From the NCBI GenBank assembly GCA_963708075.1, contig OY970194.1, positions 1,216,001-1,280,000 of the forward strand: a stretch of 64,000 nt of DNA. Reading direction: 5' to 3'. The first letter of the stretch is position 1; each line of letters starts with the position of its first letter. A program made the position numbers and the translations under genes. The notes below the pieces were generated by a model. It had not been told where the DNA came from, searched no databases, and saw only the letters and a program-made list of their open reading frames with translations. The DNA is from Sedimentisphaerales bacterium (GTDB lineage: Bacteria; Planctomycetota; Phycisphaerae; Sedimentisphaerales; Anaerobacaceae). Of this stretch, positions 1-9,746 are shown piece by piece.

Positions 1-7
1 GAAGACG

Positions 8-1780
8 GTGTATTCCAATGGCTGGATCAACGCCAAGCTCTACTATCCCCTTTCCGTTGTCGTCGATCTCGGCGTGATGTACGACCTCGCCGACATCTGC
101 TACTTCGACGTGGAAGATCAGGGCGTGCTGACCGTCGACTGGCGGGACGCGGATACGTGGAAGCCCCTGTTCAGCGGTCCGCTGAGCCAGTATCGTCAAT
201 GGGTGTCCCGAAACGTCAACGTCGCGACCCGCTACCTCTGCCTCACGTTCGAAAGTCCCTCGTCGCTGGTGGGGGAGGTCGTGCTCTACGGGACAGCCCG
301 GGGCGAGCGCGCGCCAGCGCCGCAGCCGGTCCCACATTCGAGACCGCTGGTGGATTCTTTCATTGGGGTCAATGGCTTTGTCGATGATCCCATCGAACGC
401 ATCGCGGCCTCCGGACACCTGCGCGAATATCATCAGTGGCAGTGGGACGAGGGAAATCAGGATTCCTCCTATCCCGGCTATCCCAACCATCAGTTGGCCT
501 GGAGCCCGAGCTGGGTCAGCGGTCCCGGCTGGGGATGGGACTTCGACCAATTCTACCAGCAACTCAAGACCGCCGGGGTCGAGGTGTCGCCGTGCCTCCA
601 GGGATGCGCCCCGTATCTCGTCAGCTTCGACGGGAGCCGGTCGGATGAGAAGCCCGTTATCGCCGGCGGCGATCCGATGCAGCCGCAATCGTACGTCGCA
701 CATGCCTCTTATCTGTTTCAGTTCGCCGCCCGGTACGGCGGCACGCGTGTCGATGAGACGCTATTGAAGCTCAAGGCCGGTCAACCTGCTCGCAGCGGCC
801 TGGGGCTCGTGCGATACATGGAGAACTGTAACGAGCCGGATAAATGGTGGAACGGACGAGCATCATGCTTCCTGCCGACTGAGTTGGCCGCAATGTGCAG
901 TGCGGATTATGACGGTCATCGAGGATCCATGGGCCGCACGGTCGGCATCAGGAACGCCGATCCGGGCATGAAGCTCGTTATGGGCGGCCTGGCCAAGCCC
1001 GAGATCGAGTACATCAAGGCCATGAAGTTGTGGGCCGACCTCCACCGCGACGGCGAATTCCCGGCCGATGTCATCAACCTCCATCACTATTCCAACGACG
1101 CCGGGGGACAGGGCGGCCGGCCTACAGTCGGCATCAGCCCGGAAGCGGACGGCCTCCGCGAGCGATTCCAGCGCGTTGTCGAGTGGCGGGACCGGTTCCT
1201 GCCGGGCAAGGAAGTGTGGGTCTCCGAGTTCGGCTATGACACGAATCCGAAATCGACGCAGCATGCCCCGGCCATCGGCGTTGCTGACGCACAAGAGGTC
1301 CAGGGGCAATGGATCGTGCGATCCTTTCTGGCCCTGGCGGCCGCGGGCGTGGACCGTGCCCAAGTCTATATGCTCCGTGACGTCAATGCGGATAGTACCG
1401 TCCAGTATGACAGTTCCGGCCTGACGAGCGAGAAGGGCAAGCACGAGCCAAAACGGGCGTGGTACTACGTGGCCGCCTTGCGCCACATCCTGCGCGGGAC
1501 CCGGTTCGAGTCCGAAGTCCCCTCCGGCGACGCCAGCGTGCGGATCTACCAGTTCCGTTCCGACGACGCGCCTTCTCGCCGCATCTATGCCGTCTGGTGT
1601 CCCACGAGCAGCCAGGCACAGGTGGGCGGCTTTTCGCTCAGTGTACCGAACGCGTCCGCGGCGACGTTAATTACTCTTGAACCTCAAAGCACGATGGGGC
1701 AGAAGACACCCCTGACCATCGGTAATGGCAAAGTCACGATTGATGTCAGCGAGCGGCCGATCTTCATTGCTGTGCCCTGA
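8..1780 (+). CDS. Clan GH-A-like glycoside hydrolase with N-terminal discoidin/F5-8-like domain (probably 5'-truncated by window edge)
   Basis: ENCNEPDKWW (acid/base) and WVSEFGYD (nucleophile) motifs; INLHHY; N-terminal VVDLG...RYLCLTF beta-sandwich pattern. Confidence 0.65.
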   Translation: MYSNGWINAKLYYPLSVVVDLGVMYDLADICYFDVEDQGVLTVDWRDADTWKPLFSGPLSQYRQWVSRNVNVATRYLCLTFESPSSLVGEVVLYGTARGERAPAPQPVPHSRPLVDSFIGVNGFVDDPIERIAASGHLREYHQWQWDEGNQDSSYPGYPNHQLAWSPSWVSGPGWGWDFDQFYQQLKTAGVEVSPCLQGCAPYLVSFDGSRSDEKPVIAGGDPMQPQSYVAHASYLFQFAARYGGTRVDETLLKLKAGQPARSGLGLVRYMENCNEPDKWWNGRASCFLPTELAAMCSADYDGHRGSMGRTVGIRNADPGMKLVMGGLAKPEIEYIKAMKLWADLHRDGEFPADVINLHHYSNDAGGQGGRPTVGISPEADGLRERFQRVVEWRDRFLPGKEVWVSEFGYDTNPKSTQHAPAIGVADAQEVQGQWIVRSFLALAAAGVDRAQVYMLRDVNADSTVQYDSSGLTSEKGKHEPKRAWYYVAALRHILRGTRFESEVPSGDASVRIYQFRSDDAPSRRIYAVWCPTSSQAQVGGFSLSVPNASAATLITLEPQSTMGQKTPLTIGNGKVTIDVSERPIFIAVP

Positions 1781-1805
1781 GCCGCGTACCGATCTGCAAG
1801 GAGAA

Positions 1806-2975
1806 ATGATGATGATGCGACGCCTGATAGTCCTCGCGAGCGTGGTGATTGTTCTTACCGCAGCGAATCTCAATGCGTCTGCAGGCGAGAAGACTTCCGC
1901 GTCGATGCCGCTGCCCCTCAAGGTGGTCGGCACGCAGGTGCTCGACAGCAAGGGCGAGCCGGTGATCCTTCGCGGCGTCAACTGCGCGAGCATGGAGTGG
2001 ACGAGCGACGGCCAGGGGCATATTCTTCAGTCCGTGAAGGTGGCAATCGACGATTGGCGCGTAAACCACATTCGCTTGCCGCTGTCGCAGGACCGCTGGT
2101 TCGGCAAAGCGCCCGAGCAGAAGGATGAAGGCAAAGCCTATCGCGCCCTCGTCAAAGAGGTCGTGGACCTGTGCGCTTCGAAGGGCTGCTACATCATCCT
2201 GGACCTGCACTGGTCGAACGCGGGCGAGTGGGGGCAGAATATCGGTCAGCACGCGATGCCCGATGAGAACAGCCTGGCGTTCTGGAAGGACCTGGCGCCG
2301 GTCTATGCGAACCATCCTGCCGTCATCTACGATCTGTACAATGAGCCGCACGACGTCACGTGGGACATCTGGCTCAACGGCGGCACGGTCACGGACAAGC
2401 CCGGCGGCCGCAGAGGGGGCGAACCGAAGACCTTCCAGGCCGTGGGAATGCAAACGCTTCTCGACGCCGTGCGGGCCACGGGCGCCAAGAACGTCATTAT
2501 CGTGGGCGGCCTCAACTGGGCCTACGACTTCGACGGCATCCTCGACGGCCGGCAACTCAAGGACCCCAACGGCAACGGCGTGATCTACGCCAATCACGCG
2601 TACAACAACAAAGGCCATGGCGTCGACGTCTGGATTGCGAGAATGGAGCAGGCGACGGCAAAGCTGCCGGTGATCGTCAGCGAGTTCGGCGGCTCCGGCG
2701 GGCCCAACCGCAGGGTCCGCAGGTCCGGCCCGACACCTCCGCCCGACCCGACAGGCGACGACTGGCTCCTGCATGTCATGCAGGCCATCCAGGACCACAA
2801 CTGGGCCTGGACCGCGTGGGACTTCCATCCGCAGGCCGGGCCGACCCTGATCTCCGGCTGGGACTACACGCCCACCCCCGACTTCGGCGTCTTTGTGAAA
2901 CAGATGCTCGCCGGCGCCCTCCCGCGCTACACCCCACCCAGTGCTCCGGTGACCTCGCCGCCCGGCACGAAGTAA
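1806..2975 (+). CDS. Glycoside hydrolase family 5 (cellulase family), secreted
   Basis: LRGVN, ILDLHW, YNEPH, ANHAY, VSEFG motifs; signal peptide after AAGGAG RBS. Confidence 0.85.
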   Translation: MMMMRRLIVLASVVIVLTAANLNASAGEKTSASMPLPLKVVGTQVLDSKGEPVILRGVNCASMEWTSDGQGHILQSVKVAIDDWRVNHIRLPLSQDRWFGKAPEQKDEGKAYRALVKEVVDLCASKGCYIILDLHWSNAGEWGQNIGQHAMPDENSLAFWKDLAPVYANHPAVIYDLYNEPHDVTWDIWLNGGTVTDKPGGRRGGEPKTFQAVGMQTLLDAVRATGAKNVIIVGGLNWAYDFDGILDGRQLKDPNGNGVIYANHAYNNKGHGVDVWIARMEQATAKLPVIVSEFGGSGGPNRRVRRSGPTPPPDPTGDDWLLHVMQAIQDHNWAWTAWDFHPQAGPTLISGWDYTPTPDFGVFVKQMLAGALPRYTPPSAPVTSPPGTK

Positions 2976-3028
2976 TAAAAAGCGATCTCCATGCTGCCGC
3001 CGCAACCACGGTCGGACACAGGCCGCGG

Positions 3029-4273
3029 TCAGACGACTTCCTCAGTCTTTTCGTCCCAGCGGATTGTGCGAGCCTGGCGGTAGGACCTAATCGCCATGTA
3101 GCACGCGATCGCGGAGCGAAAGCCGATCTCAAACGGGCAGTTCGGCTCCTTGCGAGTTCGCATGCAATCGAAGAAATTCTGCATGTGCGCCAGCGTCGCG
3201 TCGCCGCCGGCTACGATGTCCGCGCTCTTCTTGGCGGGAGGACCGGCCGGATCGGCGGGTTTCGATGACCGTGGCTTGTCCTGGGGCTCATAGCGGACCT
3301 GGTCGCGGTCGTCGCGCAGGATCGTGCCCTGGTTGCCGAGGACCAGGTCGTCGCCTTCGCCGAAATACCGGTTGCCGAACATGGAGTTCCAGGTGAAGAG
3401 CAGCTTCTCGCTGTGCGTCATGGAGACATCCATCGTGTCGGGGACCTCCATCTCCGGCGACAGGTAGTTGGCGCCCGTCATTGTCACGCCGGCCGGGATC
3501 TTGAGGCCCATCAGCTTGTACCAGAAGCCCACCTGGTGGACCATGTTCTCGTAGACGTTGCCGCCGGCGTAGTCCCAGTAGAATCGCCAGTTGATGACGC
3601 GATTGGGCTCGAAGAGGTGCGGCTTGGCCTCGCCCTGGAAGCCGGGCCAGTCCACGTGCTGCTCGTCGCAATCGGCGGGGATCGCCCGCTTCCAGCCGCC
3701 GTAGGGGGCGTTGCGATAATGATGTGTGTGGATCGCGGTGATTGTCCCCATCTTCTCGGGGTTGAGGAACTCGCGAGCATGCTCGACGGCGGGGCTGCTC
3801 GTCGATTGAATGCCGATCTGGACCACCCGGCCCGAGCCCTGAAATGCCTTGCGCATCCGCTTGGCATGGTCCGGGTTGAACGCCATCGTCTTTTCCTGGT
3901 AGACGTCCTTGCTCGCCTGGATCGCGGGGACGAAGTTCAGGACGTGCTGGTGCTGGGGCGTCGCGATCAGCACGGCATCGACGCTCTTGTCGTCCAGCAG
4001 CTTGCGGAAGTCCTGGTAGGTCTTGATCCGCGGCGTGAAGGCTTTCACTTCGTCCAGGCGGCGTGTATAGACGTCCGCCACGGCAGCCGCTTCGGTGTTT
4101 GGGCATTTCAGGGCAGTCTTGAAAATCTCCTGGCCCCGCCCGCCCGCGCCGATCAGGCCGACGCGAATGCGATCGTTGGCCCCCAACACGCGACGAGTAG
4201 CAAAAGGTCCTGTCACAGCCAGCGTGGCAGCGCCCGCCAGCATATCGGTGACAAATTCACGACGAGTAGGCAT
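3029..4273 (-). CDS. Gfo/Idh/MocA family oxidoreductase with Tat-like signal
   Basis: TRREFV twin-arginine; VGLIGAGGRG; DAVLIATP; YQEK; WRFYWDY. Confidence 0.88.
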   Translation of the reverse strand: MPTRREFVTDMLAGAATLAVTGPFATRRVLGANDRIRVGLIGAGGRGQEIFKTALKCPNTEAAAVADVYTRRLDEVKAFTPRIKTYQDFRKLLDDKSVDAVLIATPQHQHVLNFVPAIQASKDVYQEKTMAFNPDHAKRMRKAFQGSGRVVQIGIQSTSSPAVEHAREFLNPEKMGTITAIHTHHYRNAPYGGWKRAIPADCDEQHVDWPGFQGEAKPHLFEPNRVINWRFYWDYAGGNVYENMVHQVGFWYKLMGLKIPAGVTMTGANYLSPEMEVPDTMDVSMTHSEKLLFTWNSMFGNRYFGEGDDLVLGNQGTILRDDRDQVRYEPQDKPRSSKPADPAGPPAKKSADIVAGGDATLAHMQNFFDCMRTRKEPNCPFEIGFRSAIACYMAIRSYRQARTIRWDEKTEEVV

Positions 4274-4346
4274 GGGTTTCTCCTTACGGCGATCGTCTTG
4301 TCTCTTTTCGCCACGAGAGGATTCTACGCGTGCCCAGGACGGGTCG

Positions 4347-5450
4347 TCAAGGCTGAGTTCGGGGCATAATCGATGAAGGTGGACTTTCCGGCCTCACGGG
4401 GTAGATGAAGACCTTATTATTGATGATCTTCGGCTCCTGTTCCATCTCACTGGCCAGCTTTTGCCGGGCAGCCTCGATCGTGTTCGGTAAAAAGGATACG
4501 TAATGAGTCAATCGATCCCTCTCTGTCTCGGTCCGTTGCCAAGCCACCTTGAGGTCGATGTAGCTGTCGGCTTGCTTGCGAAGGGTCGTGGCCATGCGTT
4601 TGCGTGCCTCGGCCCCCTGCAGGGCGACCGCTTCCTCGATGAACATGAGTTCCAGCTTCGGTGCGAATTCCAGTGGGCGACTCGGAATCGCATTGTCGCG
4701 CGACTTCTGATAGCCTTGGATCGTCTCGATCCTGGCCCGGATGCCGGCGATATCGACTTGGGCCATATTGAGCATTTTGTCCAGCTCGGCCGCCGCGTCG
4801 AGTGCTTGTTTATCGTCCCGGTAAGGCACTTGCCTCTGCAGGTCCTCAAATGACTTCTTCGCGGCCTCTACGGATTGAATGACCTCGGGCAACTTCCGTT
4901 GTTCGTCGGCAAGCTCGTCGGACAGCTTCTTGAGCTCATCCTGCATTGACACGACCTTGTCTCTGCAACTGCCTTTGGCATAGCGCACGTACGCCTCGGC
5001 CATCTTCTTGGCATCCTCCAGGCTCACTGCGTAGAGTAGAAACTGCGGTGAATTAGGGTCGTCCGGCGGAGTATAGAAGTTCGGTGGGGTGTGGAAGTCC
5101 ACCCCGCCCACCCTGTAGCCCTGCAACCCTCCATCTGTTAACTCGAGAAATCGTTGCTGTTCCTTGGAGATACCCAGGCTCCGTGCCAATTGGACGACTT
5201 CGCGTATCTCGTTGCTGCCATGTTTCGGAAAGTATTGCGAACGATTGGATGGGATGCCTGCCGCGTAAGCCACCATCCCGTTCCAGGGCGAGCGGTGGAC
5301 CTGGCGTAAGTGTGGTGCCGACAGCACTATGGAACTGACTTCGAATGTGAGCGGCGTATTGGCATCGTTCGGTTCCGTCCCTGCCATAGATGTAGAGGCG
5401 AGGACTGTCACGAGGCTGAACACGGCGATGGATATCTTTGTGCGGATCAT
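4347..5450 (-). CDS. Hypothetical exported protein with long coiled-coil C-terminal half
   Basis: ATG at 5450 overlaps anti-sigma stop (ATGA); signal peptide MIRTKISIAVFSLVTVLASTSMA; heptad-rich region. Confidence 0.65.
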   Translation of the reverse strand: MIRTKISIAVFSLVTVLASTSMAGTEPNDANTPLTFEVSSIVLSAPHLRQVHRSPWNGMVAYAAGIPSNRSQYFPKHGSNEIREVVQLARSLGISKEQQRFLELTDGGLQGYRVGGVDFHTPPNFYTPPDDPNSPQFLLYAVSLEDAKKMAEAYVRYAKGSCRDKVVSMQDELKKLSDELADEQRKLPEVIQSVEAAKKSFEDLQRQVPYRDDKQALDAAAELDKMLNMAQVDIAGIRARIETIQGYQKSRDNAIPSRPLEFAPKLELMFIEEAVALQGAEARKRMATTLRKQADSYIDLKVAWQRTETERDRLTHYVSFLPNTIEAARQKLASEMEQEPKIINNKVFIYPVRPESPPSSIMPRTQP

Positions 5451-5959
5451 AGTGGATTTCTCCTCAAATAGTTGCCGTTCCTGAGCGTTGCCGCCGCAGG
5501 GGTGTCGGCGTAGTTGTCGAGAATATAGCGATATTGTTCCTGCACGATGGATTCGGTGTCCTCGCATTGGGCGAGGATCTGCGTTGCCGCAAGCAGTCTG
5601 GCCGCCGCGGCGACGCCCGCGACCTGCCGTTCGATCCTGGCGTACTCTAGCTCTGGCGGTCTGTGGATGGAATTCAGAACAAGCGTACCGGCGACAATCA
5701 GGATTGCTGCCGCAACAGCGGCCCAGGGCAGCAAGCGAACTGCAACGCGACGTGCTGAAGTGGTCCTGGCGGCCTCCAGGTCGTCCAGCCAGATGGCCTT
5801 CGCCAGATGCAGCGATCGTTCGAGACATCGAATGACCTCCCGGCACGCGGGGCACTCGGCCAGATGCTCAGCCACCGCTTGCGAATCCTGCTCGGACAGT
5901 TCCCCATCCGCGTAATCCACAAGCATGCCTCTGATCTCTTCACACGATTTCTTCGTCAC
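5447..5959 (-). CDS. Zinc-finger (zf-HC2) membrane-anchored anti-sigma factor
   Basis: HLAECPAC (HxxxCxxC) motif, single TM helix, directly downstream of ECF sigma. Confidence 0.85.
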   Translation of the reverse strand: MTKKSCEEIRGMLVDYADGELSEQDSQAVAEHLAECPACREVIRCLERSLHLAKAIWLDDLEAARTTSARRVAVRLLPWAAVAAAILIVAGTLVLNSIHRPPELEYARIERQVAGVAAAARLLAATQILAQCEDTESIVQEQYRYILDNYADTPAAATLRNGNYLRRNPL

Positions 5960-6534
5960 GGCTCAATACCTCGTTGCAGCAGTTTCCGGGCCAGGATCAT
6001 TCGGCCTTCCCGCAGCCGGCACCGTACCGTGGAGGGATTCAGGTCCAAGGTCCGGCCGATCTCGTTCGAATCGAGGTCGCAGAAATACCGTAAGATGACA
6101 AGCTCCAGCAGGGATGGGTCCAGTTCCGCCATGGTTCGGCGAACGATTTCGAGCTCCTCGGTCACAGTGGCCCGAGTCGTGGCATCGGACGTCCCCGTCG
6201 TCAGAGCTTGTTCGAGGTCGGGCCGCCGCCGCAGGACCTTGGGCACTTTGCGGCGGAACCGGCGGCGGTGCTCTGTCAGGCATCGATTGACGGTGGTCTT
6301 GATCAGCCATCCGGCCATCACTCCTTCGTGCTCGAACCCTTCCCGCTGCTTGAGGACCTGGATGGACACGTCCTGGAGGACATCGTCGATATCGGTCCCG
6401 GCCATTCCCATCCCGGCGGCGATCCGCCGGAGCCGGTCCTGCTCTCGCAGAAAAGTCCTGAACAGGCTCGCCCCGGCCGCTTCCTGCCGGGCCTGTTCCG
6501 CCGAATTCGCCTGTCCGTCCTGTGCATCGCTCAT
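5956..6534 (-). CDS. ECF RNA polymerase sigma factor
   Basis: DIDDVLQDV, GWLIKTTVNRC (region 2) and EIGRTLDLNPSTVRCRL (region 4 HTH). Confidence 0.88.
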   Translation of the reverse strand: MSDAQDGQANSAEQARQEAAGASLFRTFLREQDRLRRIAAGMGMAGTDIDDVLQDVSIQVLKQREGFEHEGVMAGWLIKTTVNRCLTEHRRRFRRKVPKVLRRRPDLEQALTTGTSDATTRATVTEELEIVRRTMAELDPSLLELVILRYFCDLDSNEIGRTLDLNPSTVRCRLREGRMILARKLLQRGIEP

Positions 6535-6864
6535 GCATCTCAATCCAGCCACTTGGGGCATCTGCAAACATAACGCGCAACCATGCCCAGGTGTTGAGAA
6601 AATGTCCGATTCTTATCCCTCCGGCACGGCGAGGCAGGGACCTCCCGTTACTCGCCTGCTTTCGCATGCCACCACTCCACGAAATTGGCTTTGTTTCGCA
6701 TGGAGGTTCATTGGAGGGGCAATGCCGGCAAATGGCCCGCGGTCGGTTTGGGGTGAGGGATCTGCTCTTGGCAAGGCTGGCGCAGGCCGATACGATGGCC
6801 CATGCCGCGCGGGTGTGCGCCCGAATGGCAGCTTGATGAGGCGGTATTGAAAGGGAACTGGCAG

Positions 6865-8376
6865 ATGAATCGCAGGAGTTTTCTGAAGCGGGCGGGCGGG
6901 GTATCAGCAGGCTTGCTGCTAACCAACTGTGGACAGCCGGCGACGGGCTCGTCGTCTCAGGTACAGACAGAACCGAAGAAGCCCAACATTCTCTTTGTCT
7001 TCGCGGACCAGCTTCGCTACGGTGCTTTGGGTTCGAGCGGCAACCGTGTGGTCCACACGCCGAATTTCGACCGTCTGGCCTCCGAGGGCCTGATCTTCGA
7101 TAATGCCTTCGCCAACCATCCCTTGTGCTCGCCGTATCGGGCAAACATCATGACCGGCAAATATGGATTTGCCAATGGCGTGCCGGACAATGAGTATGTA
7201 TTGCAGGATGACCAGGTCACTCTGCCGCAGGCGCTCAAAAGCGCCGGGTATCGCACCGCCTTCGTGGGCAAATGGCACCTGGGCACCGGACCGTACACGC
7301 CCCAGATGCGATATGGATTCGATTATATGTTCGCCTCCAACTGCCCGAACCGCCACTACGGGGCCGCTCACTACCGCAACGAAGCTGGACCGATCAAGAG
7401 CGACAAGTTCACCCCGGAGGAGGAAACCGATGACGCGATCAAGTTCATCGAAGACCATATAAAGACACACAAGGATTCTCCCTTCGCCTTGGTGATGAGT
7501 TGGGAGCCGCCGCACTGGCCCTATGAGCAATACCCGAAGGAATTCAACACGTACGATCCTGCCAAGGTCGATCTGCCCCCCAACGTTCCCGTTCAGATGG
7601 CCGAGTTTGCACGCCGGGAAATTGCACAGTACTACGGCAACGTCTCCTCGCTCGACGCCCAGATGGGCCGATTGATGGAATCGCTCAGCCGGCTTGGGAT
7701 TGCCGACGATACGATCGTGTGTTTCTCGTCCGATCACGGCGATCATCTGAGCAGCCACGGTTACGGCAAGCCGAGTGACAAATGGATGCATCCCACCATG
7801 CGAGCGTCCAAAGCCACTCCTTATGAGGAGTCCGTCCACATCCCGTTCCTCCTGCGTTACCCGCGGGTCGTCAAAGCTGGGCGGCGGACCGAAGCAATGT
7901 TCGGCAGCGTGGACGTCATGCCGACGCTGCTTACCCTCTGCGGCGTGCCGATCCCCAAAGGCGTGCAGGGCCATAGTCTGGCTCACGTTGTCACGGGCAA
8001 GGACGGCGGCGAGTCACCCGATTCCGTTTATCTGATGAACATGGGCACGGGCTGGCCCAACCGGCCCCGGTGGGTCGGCCTGTGGCGCGGCGTCCGCACG
8101 GACCGATGGGTCTATGCCCGCTGGTGGCACAACCAGGACGAGCACGAGCCCGTGCTGTTCGATCACCAGAATGATCCATGCGAGCTTACCAACCTCGCAG
8201 GCAATCCGAAATTCGCCGAGGTTCAGCAGCAAATGGAATCACGCCTGAAGAAATGGATGGCCGACACCGGCGACCCCTTCGACACCGGCCGCCGCGAACC
8301 GACAAAGGGCATGCTGGACCTGCCTTTCAAGTTGCAGCCCCAGTGGTCCCAGCGGCTGGCCGGTGGTGAACGATGA
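6865..8376 (+). CDS. Formylglycine-dependent sulfatase (S1), Tat-exported
   Basis: MNRRSFLKR; PNILFVFADQ; LCSPYR (CxPxR); GKWHLG; SSDHG. Confidence 0.93.
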   Translation: MNRRSFLKRAGGVSAGLLLTNCGQPATGSSSQVQTEPKKPNILFVFADQLRYGALGSSGNRVVHTPNFDRLASEGLIFDNAFANHPLCSPYRANIMTGKYGFANGVPDNEYVLQDDQVTLPQALKSAGYRTAFVGKWHLGTGPYTPQMRYGFDYMFASNCPNRHYGAAHYRNEAGPIKSDKFTPEEETDDAIKFIEDHIKTHKDSPFALVMSWEPPHWPYEQYPKEFNTYDPAKVDLPPNVPVQMAEFARREIAQYYGNVSSLDAQMGRLMESLSRLGIADDTIVCFSSDHGDHLSSHGYGKPSDKWMHPTMRASKATPYEESVHIPFLLRYPRVVKAGRRTEAMFGSVDVMPTLLTLCGVPIPKGVQGHSLAHVVTGKDGGESPDSVYLMNMGTGWPNRPRWVGLWRGVRTDRWVYARWWHNQDEHEPVLFDHQNDPCELTNLAGNPKFAEVQQQMESRLKKWMADTGDPFDTGRREPTKGMLDLPFKLQPQWSQRLAGGER

Positions 8377-8403
8377 ACGAGTAGGCGCGAGCCGGTCAGG
8401 CTC

Positions 8404-8536
8404 CCTGAGACGGCGACAGGGTTCTCCCGTGAAGGACCGAGAATGTGAAATGTGTAGGTGTGACTCTCGGTCTTCAAACGAAGTCCTGGCGACAAACGTA
8501 CTCGATTCCGCCTTCATGGCCCCCGGTCGTCTCAGG
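8404..8536. other. Nested inverted-repeat intergenic element (possible structured RNA or MITE-like)
   Basis: 8404-8414 pairs with 8526-8536, 8427-8435 with 8511-8519, 8436-8442 with 8465-8471. Confidence 0.45.
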
Positions 8537-8645
8537 AAAGATGCTCTTCCTGGGGACAAAGGAGCACCTCTACCGGATCGAATCCACCCAGTAGCACCAT
8601 AGGAGCGAATCAGCTTGGAAGCACTCATTACTCTGGCCTCCAGCA

Positions 8646-9722
8646 TTACGGGTGTCGGTATGGTATTGACGAAGGCTTTATCCTTGCAGCTAAGACTTGC
8701 CTCTTTCTCCACAGGAAGTCGCGGACGACATGCACGGATTTCTCCTTGTGTGGGTTTGGACCAACAAAAACGCTGACATCTGCCCACAACTCCGCATTCT
8801 CCAGGTTGATCACTCTATGAGGGATTATAACGCCTTCGTTCGCGTGGAACCCCAGTTCCTCTGACGTACCCGTGTACTTCAACGTCGACAGGAATCTCCA
8901 TTCCAGTTCCTCATGGAATCCCCAATGCTTCATGATCGCAGCGGTTCTCCACATCTCCCAATTGAAGGTATTTATGATTCGCGCATATTGCGTCTGATCA
9001 ACCGTCATCGCCTCACGTCCTATGCGGTCGAGGACTGCATCGATCATTCGAATTTGATCCTCGGGTTCGTATAGGCAACGTTCAAACGTAAAGCCTTGGT
9101 CTGCTGCCAAGCGTTCAAGCTTGCTCTTACGAAACCCGAGTGCAAAGCCACCTTTAGGGCAGTAGGCACGCCACTGGCTCAGAAGATCTCCGTTCTTTGA
9201 GAAGGAGCAAACATGCATTGCCAGGTTCTTCTCGGGGGCAAGACCACCTCGTTCTTCTCCTATCATAGCACTTTGGACAGCGAGAAGATAATGTCCAAAT
9301 ATAGGGTGGCTTGCCTCTCGTCGTTTCAGCCTGTCCTCAAATAGTTTCATGCCCACGTACCACTCCTCTGCGTCATTCAGGAAGAAGATGCGGCTCGCCC
9401 ATATCTTGGCTTCTTCCACGATCTTCCTCAACCCTTCGGGGGTGGTGTAGTGGTACAGATAGAAGTCACCTTGGTCTGACGTTGCCAACGAGCGGACGCT
9501 GAAGACTTCGTCTTCCTTCAACGGCTCAATCAGCGACTCAGGCGCGGTTATCACCGCTATCGTATCACCGAGCGCGTTGAAGACCTCCAGAGAGTAGCCA
9601 TCTTCCCCACTGGGCACAGGGTGATGATCCACGACTGTCGCCACATCTCCCTTCTTCAGCCCTTTATCGGGGATGTCCCTCGTTAGGACGACTTCCTGAG
9701 ATGGCGCGTACTTCATGCTCAT
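8646..9722 (-). CDS. DUF4926-like N-terminal domain fused to DUF2971-like domain
   Basis: VVLTRDIPDKGLKKGDVATVVD...GYSLEVFNALGDTIAV, then LYHYT, FLND, CSFS..DLLSQWRAY, KHWGFHEELEWR. Confidence 0.7.
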   Translation of the reverse strand: MSMKYAPSQEVVLTRDIPDKGLKKGDVATVVDHHPVPSGEDGYSLEVFNALGDTIAVITAPESLIEPLKEDEVFSVRSLATSDQGDFYLYHYTTPEGLRKIVEEAKIWASRIFFLNDAEEWYVGMKLFEDRLKRREASHPIFGHYLLAVQSAMIGEERGGLAPEKNLAMHVCSFSKNGDLLSQWRAYCPKGGFALGFRKSKLERLAADQGFTFERCLYEPEDQIRMIDAVLDRIGREAMTVDQTQYARIINTFNWEMWRTAAIMKHWGFHEELEWRFLSTLKYTGTSEELGFHANEGVIIPHRVINLENAELWADVSVFVGPNPHKEKSVHVVRDFLWRKRQVLAARIKPSSIPYRHP

Positions 9723-9746
9723 GGCATCCTATGTGACCGTAGTCTT

